DNA of 20,000 bases, from IMG/VR virus record IMGVR_UViG_2937164673_000001. One strand, given 5' to 3'. The notes beneath the pieces are model-generated. The model did not search any database and was not told the DNA's origin. It saw nothing but the letters and a program-made list of their open reading frames with translations. The position numbers and the translations under genes are program-made. The stretch is from an uncultured virus (IMG/VR IMGVR_UViG_2937164673_000001). Its lineage: Duplodnaviria; Heunggongvirae; Uroviricota; Caudoviricetes. This document shows positions 6,045-14,350 of this stretch, piece after piece; the stretch's first letter is position 1, and each line of letters starts with the position of its first letter.

Positions 6045-6419
6045 GGGGTAGTTTATGGATTCGACAGTCAGACAAAGCCCTAAATACGACTTACGGAAGA
6101 TAACGCCGAAATACTTTCATTTAAATATAAAAGCAAATAACCATAGAGTTACAGCTTTAGCTGCCTAGCTTATAGGCACTTGGTTAATATCTTGATACCA
6201 GATAAGGATATTAACTATCATATTTCACCCCTCTGGTCTTAGTTCATGATTTGCTAGTTTGAGTGTGACTAAGTATTAAAACTAGCTAGACTAGGTAGTT
6301 TTTGGAAAATTACTATGTAACGTTCCCTAAGTCGAAAATTTAGAACATAGTCCTATTAAGTCTAAAATGTATTTGGAAACTGGTTTGGTTGGACACGGGT
6401 TCGACTCCCGTCTACTCCA
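6045..6419 (+). ncRNA. ssrA: tmRNA; tag (A)ANNHRVTALAA
   Basis: GGGGTAG...GGATTCGAC 5' end and GGGTTCGACTCCC-GT-CTACTCC-A 3' end with G3:U70. Tag reading frame 6133-6168 ends ALAA-TAG. Confidence 0.93.
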
Positions 6420-6421
6420 TA

Positions 6422-6549
6422 TTCACAACTCTTTCAGGTTGCGGGTTCGAGTCCCGTCTCCGGCACGTGATACATGGTCACAATAGTTGCCAGAGTAGCT
6501 CAATCCTATACTGCTAAAAGGTATACGGCAGAGCGGTCAGACTTGTGAA
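6422..6549 (+). ncRNA. Circularly permuted tRNA-like RNA (T arm and 3' acceptor strand precede 5' acceptor strand and D arm)
   Basis: AGGTT-gcggg-TTCGAGT-cccgt-CTCCGGC-A (6436-6465), 23 nt linker, GCCAGAG-TA-GCTC...GAGC (6489-6534). Closed by ttcacaa/ttgtgaa. Confidence 0.75.
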
Positions 6550-6766
6550 GAAGACGTGTATCCGTCTATAAATGGAAACGTGGCATCTAAGGTTACACCA
6601 CCGTTAATATGTAGCTGGAAGAGGGTAGCTCCCTCATTTGTTAGAAATTTCTTTTAGAAAACCATGGCGATTTAGGTAAACGTAGAACCTAGCTCCTATC
6701 CGTGTAATAAATTTGTGAGCTTAAAACAAGATCTTATGGAATGTTGGTGAGTGTACAAAGCCGACA

Positions 6767-6826
6767 GAGGTAGTAGTTCAATTGGTAGATCATGCTAGGA
6801 TGTGGGTTCGATTCCCATCTACCTCA
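6767..6826 (+). ncRNA. Mini tRNA-like RNA (60 nt) lacking an anticodon arm
   Basis: Perfect GAGGTAG/CTACCTC+A, D arm gttc-aattggta-gatc, 10 nt connector, T arm gtggg-TTCGATT-cccat. Confidence 0.8.
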
Positions 6827-6880
6827 TAGCTATAATTAGCGAAATTCTTTATTACGTATTTACAAACGAGACATACAAAT

Positions 6881-6925
6881 AAAGCGTCACTTTGCGAGAT
6901 TGGTTAGAATCTGGTGACGCTTTTT
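6881..6925 (+). terminator. Intrinsic terminator closing the RNA island
   Basis: aaagcgtcac / gtgacgcttt stem followed by a T-run. Confidence 0.7.
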
Positions 6926-6952
6926 GTATACAAAAATTTAAGAGGAGGAAAG

Positions 6953-7903
6953 ATGGCCGTGGAATTAACTTATCGTAAATTTCCTAAGATTTACCGTTTA
7001 GAGCAAGAAGAGGCAAACTCGAAGCATGAAGGAGTAGCCAGTCTTTTAGAACAGAATAAAGCAGGTAACTACTATGTTGCTACTGAAAAGATTGATGGTG
7101 CTAATAGTTGTATAGAGGTTCTTAAAAGGGACGGAAAAATTGACTTTGCAATTTATTCACATCGTCAAAGACTTAGTGAGGACAATACTTTGCGAGGCTT
7201 TTACGAATACGCACAAGAGGTCTTAATTCCAAAGTTAATGGAATTCTATAAGAATATTGACGAGGCACATGACTATCTCTATGGGGAATGGCTGGTATCT
7301 CATCGAGTTGAATATCAACAAAAAATGTACAACCATTGGTATTTCTTTAGTTTTTATGATGATCTATTCGGTCATGAATATAATTTCTTTGAACGTACTG
7401 CTTTTGCCGATCGAGTAGGGTTAAGACAGCCGAATGTAGTTAGTATGGCAAACTACACTTTAACCAAAGAAGATATCAAGACGATGGTTGGAAGATCAAT
7501 GATTACAAAGGAACCAGATCATGGTGAAGGAATAGTTATCGAATGTGATGGCGTTCGAGCAAAGGTAGTGTCTGATAAGTTTAAAGAAACTCGAAAGCAA
7601 AAGAAACCACAGCCATCTCAGACCGAAAGCGAGAAGTTCATTGATGAGACAATTACGGAAGCTCGCATTACCAAAATGATTGAAAAGTTTAAAGATGAAA
7701 ATCTTTTACCAGATGTAATTGATTTTGAACATTTTGGTGATATTGCTAGACCACTAGCCAATGCGTTGTGGAATGATGTCATTGAAGAAGAAGGCAGCAA
7801 TGCACCAGAATTGTTTGATGTGAAGAAGGCACGCAAACGATTAAATAAGATTATCTCAAAATATGTCCGAGAATTAATTGAAAATGAAATGATGAGTGTT
7901 TAA
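6953..7903 (+). CDS. ATP-dependent RNA ligase, Rnl2-like family
   Basis: Nucleotidyltransferase motifs: TEKIDGAN (I), LYGEW (III), GEGIVI (IV), AKVVSDKFKE (V). SD GAGGAGG before ATG 6953. Confidence 0.85.
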   Translation: MAVELTYRKFPKIYRLEQEEANSKHEGVASLLEQNKAGNYYVATEKIDGANSCIEVLKRDGKIDFAIYSHRQRLSEDNTLRGFYEYAQEVLIPKLMEFYKNIDEAHDYLYGEWLVSHRVEYQQKMYNHWYFFSFYDDLFGHEYNFFERTAFADRVGLRQPNVVSMANYTLTKEDIKTMVGRSMITKEPDHGEGIVIECDGVRAKVVSDKFKETRKQKKPQPSQTESEKFIDETITEARITKMIEKFKDENLLPDVIDFEHFGDIARPLANALWNDVIEEEGSNAPELFDVKKARKRLNKIISKYVRELIENEMMSV

Positions 7904-7917
7904 AAAAGAAAGGAGAC

Positions 7918-8631
7918 ATGTGTTTGAAAGAAGCCGAATGTTATCCAGGCAAAAAGGTTGGAAGATTGACGTTGATTGAGAAGAGAAGAATTCCTAATGG
8001 TCGTTACACAAGGGGCGGTTGGCTATGTCGTTGTGATTGCGGTACCGAGAAGGTGTTTCGAACTGATGGGCTAGGTGTAAGTGCGATTTCGTGTGGATGC
8101 TATAACAGGGAAAACAATTATGCTTCGGCAAACAACCCGCTACACAAAAAATACACATACAGTGATAGTCAGATGTCTAGCCCGTACAAACGTCTTTACG
8201 ATGTTTGGAAACATATGTTGGGGCGATGCTACAACTCAAATGATAGCTCTTATTCCAACTATGGTGGTAGAGGAATTAAAGTTTGCGACGACTGGCATAC
8301 TTATCGCGAGTTTCGTGAGTGGGCACTAGCTAACGGCTTTGACAAGTCGAAAACTGGGCAAGAACAATCAATTGATCGAATTAACGTAAATGGCAATTAT
8401 GAGCCAAGTAATTGTCGGTGGGCTTCTAAACTTACGCAATCATATAACAAGCGTAACAATGTATACATAACGTTGAATGGGAAGACGTACACATATCGGG
8501 AACTGTCGCAGGAAACAGGTATCGATAGACTTACACTATATGCCCGCTATAAAAAAGGTAAGAGAGGGGCAGAATTAACAGCTCCGATTAATGAGAAGAT
8601 GTCGCACAAAAGAAAGGTAGTTGAAGTATAA
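7918..8631 (+). CDS. Free-standing HNH homing-endonuclease-like protein
   Basis: WLCRCDCG, SCGC, YGGRGIKVC and SIDRINVNGNYEPSNCRWA motifs typical of phage HNH proteins. Confidence 0.85.
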   Translation: MCLKEAECYPGKKVGRLTLIEKRRIPNGRYTRGGWLCRCDCGTEKVFRTDGLGVSAISCGCYNRENNYASANNPLHKKYTYSDSQMSSPYKRLYDVWKHMLGRCYNSNDSSYSNYGGRGIKVCDDWHTYREFREWALANGFDKSKTGQEQSIDRINVNGNYEPSNCRWASKLTQSYNKRNNVYITLNGKTYTYRELSQETGIDRLTLYARYKKGKRGAELTAPINEKMSHKRKVVEV

Positions 8632-8634
8632 ATT

Positions 8635-9372
8635 ATGTTATATATTCTAGGAAGCATCGGCGCTGGGAAGACAACATTAACACAAATGTTAGCAAAAGAC
8701 ATGGGTGTTAAAGCCTATTACGAAGACGTAAACAATGGTTTGGTCAAAGATATGTTGGAGGAGTTTTATTCTGCTGGTATTGAAAGTCGTAAGCGGGTCA
8801 GCGCTATGCTCCAAGTGGCATTTCTGACCGTAAGATTTCAACAGGCACTAAAGGCGGTTCGTGAAAAGAACGCCATCCTGGATTCGAATCTCACATCCGA
8901 TTTTATAATGTGTACTCATCTATACGAACGTGGAGAGATGGATTACGCCTCATATAAAGCATATATGGCTCTTAATCAAATCATGCAAGGGCAATTAGAC
9001 AGTGAACCATATAATGGCAAGCCCGATGTGATCGTCTATTTAGATATTGATCCAGAGCATGAACTTGACGAAATTCAAAAACGTGGACGAGATATGGAAG
9101 ATGTTCGCAAGGATCCCAAACTGGTTGATTATTATCACTCTGTAAATCGAGCTTACAAGAATTGGGCTGCTGGCGGTTATGTTCAAGCACCATTGTTAAA
9201 GGTTGATCGTGACAAGTATGATTTCGTCAATAATATTGAGGATCGTAATGCAGTGCTCGACATGATCGAACAAACTCTGGTCGATTACGGCAAGCTTACC
9301 GAAGCCGAGTTTGAACAAATTAAAGCTGAACGCGCTGAAAAGTTTAACGATCCAGCTCCAGTCGCAGCTTAG
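8635..9372 (+). CDS. Deoxynucleoside kinase
   Basis: P-loop GSIGAGKTT, LQVAFL..RF, PDVIVYL and IQKRGRDME lid motif. Confidence 0.9.
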   Translation: MLYILGSIGAGKTTLTQMLAKDMGVKAYYEDVNNGLVKDMLEEFYSAGIESRKRVSAMLQVAFLTVRFQQALKAVREKNAILDSNLTSDFIMCTHLYERGEMDYASYKAYMALNQIMQGQLDSEPYNGKPDVIVYLDIDPEHELDEIQKRGRDMEDVRKDPKLVDYYHSVNRAYKNWAAGGYVQAPLLKVDRDKYDFVNNIEDRNAVLDMIEQTLVDYGKLTEAEFEQIKAERAEKFNDPAPVAA

Positions 9373-9438
9373 CACATAACAAACATATTTAAACAAAAGG
9401 GACACTCCCCTTATACATATAACCGAGGAGGAACAACA

Positions 9439-9934
9439 ATGCTTACGTACGAAAAAGATATTAAACCAATTAAAATTACTGCTCGCGAAGCATATAAGCA
9501 ATCTGTTGGTACCGAAGAATATCTCAATACTTTAAAAGATGTTTACTCTGATATTCAAGGCAATATTGATGATGGCTATACAAATGCCCACTTCTTTTAT
9601 GACTCAATGAGCCTAGTAAATCGGGTATATCGTGAGCTGCTTGCCCAAGACTACAACTTAACTCTTGAAAAAGAAAAGACTTGCTATCACTTAACTGTTG
9701 ACTGGTCTGATGTAGATCTTGATCCTAATAAAAAATACATTTTACCGCTGGAAGAAGCAGAGACAACTGACGGTGCATACTATTACGCAGTTCGAGATGG
9801 TGGTAAGTGGCAAATTGCGGTTTCCTACAATCCAAGTGAGTTGGAGGCATTTTAGATTTACCGTCACCGCCAAAGATATTGAAGAAGCACCAGAATGGGT
9901 AAAGGCGATTGAACCAGTGGAGGTAGAAGGCTAA
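9439..9934 (+). CDS. Hypothetical phage protein split by a +1 frameshift at ~9850-9855 (paralog of 10975..11589)
   Basis: Frame 1 has DPNKKYILPLE then TTT TAG. The +1 frame continues to APEWVKAIEPVEVEG, matching GPDWVKAIKPIEVKE in the paralog. Confidence 0.75.
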
Positions 9935-10350
9935 TGACCAATAAAGAGATCAATGCTGAAAAAATAAATGTTGAATTATTTGAATTAGAAAATAAGATGA
10001 AAAAACTACAAGAATTCGTTGATAGTGATGATTTCTTAAGCATTTCAACCATTAATCAAATGTTGTTGGCTAATCAAATGGTTGGTATGGCAATGTATAG
10101 AGATAGTCTGCATAAACGCATTAAATTAGCAGAAAATAATATTAAATATACTGTTCAAGTATTACCTCAGAGCAACGGGTATTTAAATCTAAACAGACGT
10201 GAACAGGTATGGTACTTATTACCGAATAATAATGTGGGAGATTATCAAACCCATTTTACACAATCGGAAATTAATGAAATGAAAGACAATCCATTCTTTG
10301 CCGCTATTAATTGGGACAACGTGAAGATTGAACCAGTAGAGGACAAGTAA
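9934..10350 (+). CDS. Hypothetical phage protein (helical N-terminus + shared C-terminal module)
   Basis: 138 aa. The C-terminal KYTVQV..GYLN..QTHFTQ.EI..AI.WD..IEPV module is shared with 12118..12459. Confidence 0.8.
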   Translation: MTNKEINAEKINVELFELENKMKKLQEFVDSDDFLSISTINQMLLANQMVGMAMYRDSLHKRIKLAENNIKYTVQVLPQSNGYLNLNRREQVWYLLPNNNVGDYQTHFTQSEINEMKDNPFFAAINWDNVKIEPVEDK

Positions 10351-10356
10351 TAGCTA

Positions 10357-10674
10357 ATGTCTAAAAAGGTATTAGAAGGAGTTATTCTCACATATGCAAA
10401 TTTAACCTTGGCTATATGCTATCCAATATTAGCATTGCTTAGATTAATTGGAATTGCTTTTTATGAGTTGATTGTATTGCTTTTCTACATTCTCTCTTAT
10501 CCCGCTAATGTAAGCCTTACAAAATGGAAATGGGGAGTCATGTCATATGAAAATTTCTCATGCAAAATGGATGAAATAAATTTCGCTGACGTTAAAGATC
10601 ATTACAAATGGATCTTTCAAAAGTATATTTTGCGAAAAGAAAACAAGAAGAAGTCAATTCGTGTGGAGGAGTAA
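10357..10674 (+). CDS. Hypothetical membrane protein
   Basis: 105 aa ORF with a long hydrophobic N-terminal segment, in operon spacing. Confidence 0.75.
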   Translation: MSKKVLEGVILTYANLTLAICYPILALLRLIGIAFYELIVLLFYILSYPANVSLTKWKWGVMSYENFSCKMDEINFADVKDHYKWIFQKYILRKENKKKSIRVEE

Positions 10675-10676
10675 GT

Positions 10677-10871
10677 TTGAATAAGTTAAGTTTTCTCTCC
10701 GGCTTTTGCTATGGAGTAAGTGTTATGGTTGCAGGGCTAATTATTGCATCATGGATAGCAGCTACTATAAATAACTTTGCATTAGTGTCAAAAATAACTG
10801 TTTGGATTTATTTGATTGCCATGTTTGTCGGAATTATTTGTAACTTTATTATAGTTAGGAGATTTAAATGA
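10677..10871 (+). CDS. Small two-TM hypothetical protein
   Basis: TTG start after SD GGAGGAG; two hydrophobic segments. Confidence 0.7.
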   Translation: MNKLSFLSGFCYGVSVMVAGLIIASWIAATINNFALVSKITVWIYLIAMFVGIICNFIIVRRFK

Positions 10872-10975
10872 TTCGTATATGTCTTGATTGTGGTGAACGT
10901 TTCTTTGTCGAAGATACTGATGAATTAGATGTTTGTCCTTATTGTTGGAGTGATGAATTACAGGAGGTGGCTTAA
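10868..10975 (+). CDS. 35 aa zinc-ribbon protein (not in the ORF track)
   Basis: MIRICLDCGERFFVEDTDELDVCPYCWSDELQEVA with CxxC..CxxC. SD AGGAG; ATGA and TAATG overlaps with neighbours. Confidence 0.8.
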   Translation: MIRICLDCGERFFVEDTDELDVCPYCWSDELQEVA

Positions 10976-11589
10976 TGGGATTATTTGATCATTTTAAGTC
11001 TAAAGATATTGAATCAATGGACGAATTAAAACAAATGGATCTTAAGCCTAAAAGAAACGATAAAGTTTTGACGGCTGATGAGGCTTTTAAGAAGTCTATC
11101 CAAGCCCAAGATACACATAATAAAGAAGTATTATCTTCTGTATTTGAGCGTATTAATCATGCTGTTGATACTGGTATAAGATCAATAACTTTGTCAGATG
11201 ACTGGGGTAGCGGTTTTACATTAAGTGATTTTAGATCTTTGGAAAAGTTGTTACCTAAGTATGGCTTTAAAGTGAGGGTTGAAAAAGAAGATAGTACATT
11301 TGATGCTTTTTTAACAATTTCTTGGGATAAAGAAAACTATAAAAAGGACAAATCAAATGGTCCCAAAATCGACCCAGATAAAAAGTATATTTTACCAATG
11401 GAAGGCACTGACTGGATAGACAAGGGCGTTAGGCACTATGCGACTATTCATGAAAATTATTGGGAACCACTAAAGTGGACTGGTGGATTTTTGCCACCTT
11501 ATGGACTCCTTTATGAAGTTCAAGGCAGAGATATTCTTGATGGACCCGACTGGGTTAAAGCTATCAAACCAATTGAGGTGAAAGAATAG
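10975..11589 (+). CDS. Hypothetical phage protein
   Basis: 204 aa, SD GGAGGTG, paralog of the 9439 gene. Confidence 0.85.
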   Translation: MGLFDHFKSKDIESMDELKQMDLKPKRNDKVLTADEAFKKSIQAQDTHNKEVLSSVFERINHAVDTGIRSITLSDDWGSGFTLSDFRSLEKLLPKYGFKVRVEKEDSTFDAFLTISWDKENYKKDKSNGPKIDPDKKYILPMEGTDWIDKGVRHYATIHENYWEPLKWTGGFLPPYGLLYEVQGRDILDGPDWVKAIKPIEVKE

Positions 11590-11590
11590 T

Positions 11591-12118
11591 ATGTCTGAAC
11601 AATTCTACTTAATACGAACAGATCAATACAATTCGTCTGAGTGGGGATTACTAACAGAATATCAATTTGATTATAACGATCATTTAATTAAACATATGTA
11701 TTATAAAAATGACCATCAAGCAGTAAGACAAGGTGCTGTTGTTTCAGCGTCAGTCTTAGAAACGGGTTATGGTCCCCAAGGGTTAGTACAATATTTTATA
11801 TCTCTAAGAGATGAAATAACTCCTGTTAAAGCAATGAAGTACAAAGGGTGTTGGGATTCCCAATGGGGTAACTTAAAGGAGCTTGAAGATAAATCGAGTG
11901 TTCCATTACCCGGTACAATTTGGGGAGGAAGAAAATTCAAAACCCGGAATATTAAAAACGGGAACTGGGTATTTGAAGATGTCAAAGGCCGTATATGGAT
12001 AGCCCCTAATCATCCATGGGGATTAGTTTCGTTTTTAGAAGAAAATTTTGGAACTCAAAGTGCAGACTCTAATGCCACGGAAGTAGATAATCCAGAATAC
12101 GATGAGGTGGAAGAATAA
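11591..12118 (+). CDS. Hypothetical protein
   Basis: 175 aa ORF, tightly coupled to neighbours. Confidence 0.8.
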   Translation: MSEQFYLIRTDQYNSSEWGLLTEYQFDYNDHLIKHMYYKNDHQAVRQGAVVSASVLETGYGPQGLVQYFISLRDEITPVKAMKYKGCWDSQWGNLKELEDKSSVPLPGTIWGGRKFKTRNIKNGNWVFEDVKGRIWIAPNHPWGLVSFLEENFGTQSADSNATEVDNPEYDEVEE

Positions 12119-12459
12119 TGGATACAAAATTAATTGATGACCAAATTAATCAATTAGAGGCTGTCATGGATGTACATGAGGGGACTCCGGCTATCCTTGT
12201 CGAGGACGCATTAAGTTGGCTCTATAAAGTTCGTGGACAAATTTTGAGTAATCAAAAATATACTGTACAAGTCTTTCCTGGCGAACGTGGATATTTAAAT
12301 GTTTTTCAGGGTGAAGATATTGTTCTTAACAACATTGATAAAGATAGTGATTTTCAAACTCATTTCACTCAAGAAGAAATTGATAAGTTAAAAGAACGAA
12401 AAGATTTAGCAATCGACTGGGATAAAGCAATTATTGAACCAGTAAGGGAGGAAGATTAA
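12118..12459 (+). CDS. Hypothetical phage protein
   Basis: 113 aa, TAATG overlap, C-terminal module shared with 9934..10350. Confidence 0.8.
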   Translation: MDTKLIDDQINQLEAVMDVHEGTPAILVEDALSWLYKVRGQILSNQKYTVQVFPGERGYLNVFQGEDIVLNNIDKDSDFQTHFTQEEIDKLKERKDLAIDWDKAIIEPVREED

Positions 12460-12674
12460 TGCACATTTACGAAGTGGTAGCACTTAAAGATAATATTGCG
12501 TTTAAAGGAATTGAAAGTAGCGTGGTAATTGCTAGATCGCCAGAAAATGCAGTACGCCTAGTAGTAAATAGCTGTAATGATATGGCTGGTTTTGAGCGTT
12601 ATAAAACAAGTGACTTTGCGGCTAGTAGTCCAATTGACCCAAATGATTATGCCGAAGAAACGATTATTAATTAA
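12459..12674 (+). CDS. Hypothetical protein
   Basis: 71 aa, SD GGAGG, TAATG overlap. Confidence 0.75.
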   Translation: MHIYEVVALKDNIAFKGIESSVVIARSPENAVRLVVNSCNDMAGFERYKTSDFAASSPIDPNDYAEETIIN

Positions 12675-12686
12675 GGAGCGTCTTAA

Positions 12687-12920
12687 ATGAAAGCATTTCG
12701 AGGAAGACCAGTATCAGGTAATTTTTCATGGCTAACGACAATCAACCTGAAACATCAAGCACTTATGTCATTTCCGGGTAAAGTTGAGAATATTACCGAA
12801 CCAATTAAGGGAGTGTGCACGATTGACTTCGGGAATGACGGATCATTTACTTGCAAACTTGAAGATTTAAATAGTATTACAACAACGCCAATGATGCTAG
12901 ACAACATAATGAGAATGTAA
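12687..12920 (+). CDS. Hypothetical protein
   Basis: 77 aa, SD AAGGAG. Confidence 0.75.
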   Translation: MKAFRGRPVSGNFSWLTTINLKHQALMSFPGKVENITEPIKGVCTIDFGNDGSFTCKLEDLNSITTTPMMLDNIMRM

Positions 12921-12936
12921 TAATGGAGGATTTTAG

Positions 12937-13461
12937 ATGGGAGTTAAGAACTTTCCGCTTTATAAAGTAACAGAACATGCTAAAGAACGAATCTTAACAC
13001 GCTTCAATATCACTAAAACTGAATTTGATGGTTGGATGAGTCGTTTATTATCTCAAGGTGAATTCGTTGAGAAACAGAATAATAATCGTGAAAAGTATCG
13101 ACTACACGATATTGTGTTTGTTATTGATACACGCCAGAAACAGGTTATTACTGTTTATTCAGAAAATGAGCATGACGATAACGGGTTCAAGGTGAATACT
13201 AATCCAGAAGTGAAATCGGCTATTAATAAAGCATTGGATTTGTTAATAAAGCAGAAGAAAGTTCGAACTGCCGGGAAAATCTACGACAATATTCAAGCAA
13301 TGATGGATTACTGCGAACGAATGAAGAGCCCTCATGTTAATCATCGTTTTGCTGATGTTGCTTGGGAACAGTTATTGAAAGAATTCAATGAAATTAGGCA
13401 AACGCTGGACGGAAGTATGCAGGTTATTTCTGAAGCTAAACAAAAGATTGCGGAGGGTTAA
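12937..13461 (+). CDS. Hypothetical protein with DUF4258/RelE-like N-terminal pattern
   Basis: SD GGAGG. VTEHAKER...IVFVID...VITVY pattern followed by a helical C-terminus. Fold call is tentative. Confidence 0.6.
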   Translation: MGVKNFPLYKVTEHAKERILTRFNITKTEFDGWMSRLLSQGEFVEKQNNNREKYRLHDIVFVIDTRQKQVITVYSENEHDDNGFKVNTNPEVKSAINKALDLLIKQKKVRTAGKIYDNIQAMMDYCERMKSPHVNHRFADVAWEQLLKEFNEIRQTLDGSMQVISEAKQKIAEG

Positions 13462-13463
13462 AG

Positions 13464-13661
13464 GTGCATTTATATAGGGTCGTAATTGGAACATATTATC
13501 TAGGACTAGTAGCAGCTCATTCAGAAGAAGAGGCTATTAATACCGCTGTCCATAATGTTTTGCCTGGGCTATGTGGTGAAAGACTCGCTTATGAGCGGGA
13601 AGTAGCTTCTGCGGAATTGATTAAAGCGTCCATGTTTGATAAACCAACAATGATTATATAA
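13464..13661 (+). CDS. Hypothetical protein
   Basis: 65 aa, GTG start after SD GGAGG; loosely resembles 12459..12674. Confidence 0.7.
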   Translation: MHLYRVVIGTYYLGLVAAHSEEEAINTAVHNVLPGLCGERLAYEREVASAELIKASMFDKPTMII

Positions 13662-13674
13662 GTGGAGGGATAGA

Positions 13675-14091
13675 ATGACTGGTATGTATTTTGACGAAAA
13701 TAATAATGAAGTGCGGAACGTTGTTGAGGTGTTTAGAAACAATAATATTCGTTACCCAAGCACCGTAGATGAGCTTGTACTTAGTTCTGAACAAATAAGG
13801 GCTATTGAAATGGTGCTAGACCATTGGTCAGAACGACGCAAGAAAGACAAGGGCAAAGACCCACGAGAAAACATTGAAGTTAATACTTTCAGTGGTCTCC
13901 CAGTTGTGTATATTGCTGAATACACAACTCATGATGATTATGGTCCATTACGTGAGACTGATGTCTTTTCAGAAGAAATAGATGCCTGGGCTTTTGTTTT
14001 AAAACAGCGTGACGAAGGGGCAACTGATATTTCTGTTAAGCCTCGTTTAGTTTACCTTGATGCAGATAGAACAGTGAATTTTGATGATTGA
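13675..14091 (+). CDS. Hypothetical protein
   Basis: 138 aa, SD GGAGG. Confidence 0.8.
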   Translation: MTGMYFDENNNEVRNVVEVFRNNNIRYPSTVDELVLSSEQIRAIEMVLDHWSERRKKDKGKDPRENIEVNTFSGLPVVYIAEYTTHDDYGPLRETDVFSEEIDAWAFVLKQRDEGATDISVKPRLVYLDADRTVNFDD

Positions 14092-14269
14092 GCATTTATT
14101 AATTCCAGTTATTGCAACGTTAGTAATTGAGGTGACGATGTATCTCACTATAAGAATAGTTGATAATGGATCAGAAAATCATGCAAAGAGTAACGCTGAA
14201 AGTGTTGTAATGCTATCAGCGCCTATTATTTTGGGCATTTATGGCATTATGTCTTTCATGCCATTTTAA
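14081..14269 (+). CDS. Small membrane protein
   Basis: 62 aa with two hydrophobic segments. Confidence 0.6.
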   Translation: MMIEHLLIPVIATLVIEVTMYLTIRIVDNGSENHAKSNAESVVMLSAPIILGIYGIMSFMPF

Positions 14270-14350
14270 GTAAAATGCCAGTTTTATCAGTTTTTAATGC
14301 TCGTCAATCGCTGATATAACTTTGCTGATATAATAAATTTATTTATGAAT

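Noticed and set aside
2900..6830. CRISPR array
   Set aside because: The recurring GGTTCGA motifs are T-loops with irregular spacing, not direct repeats; no cas genes.
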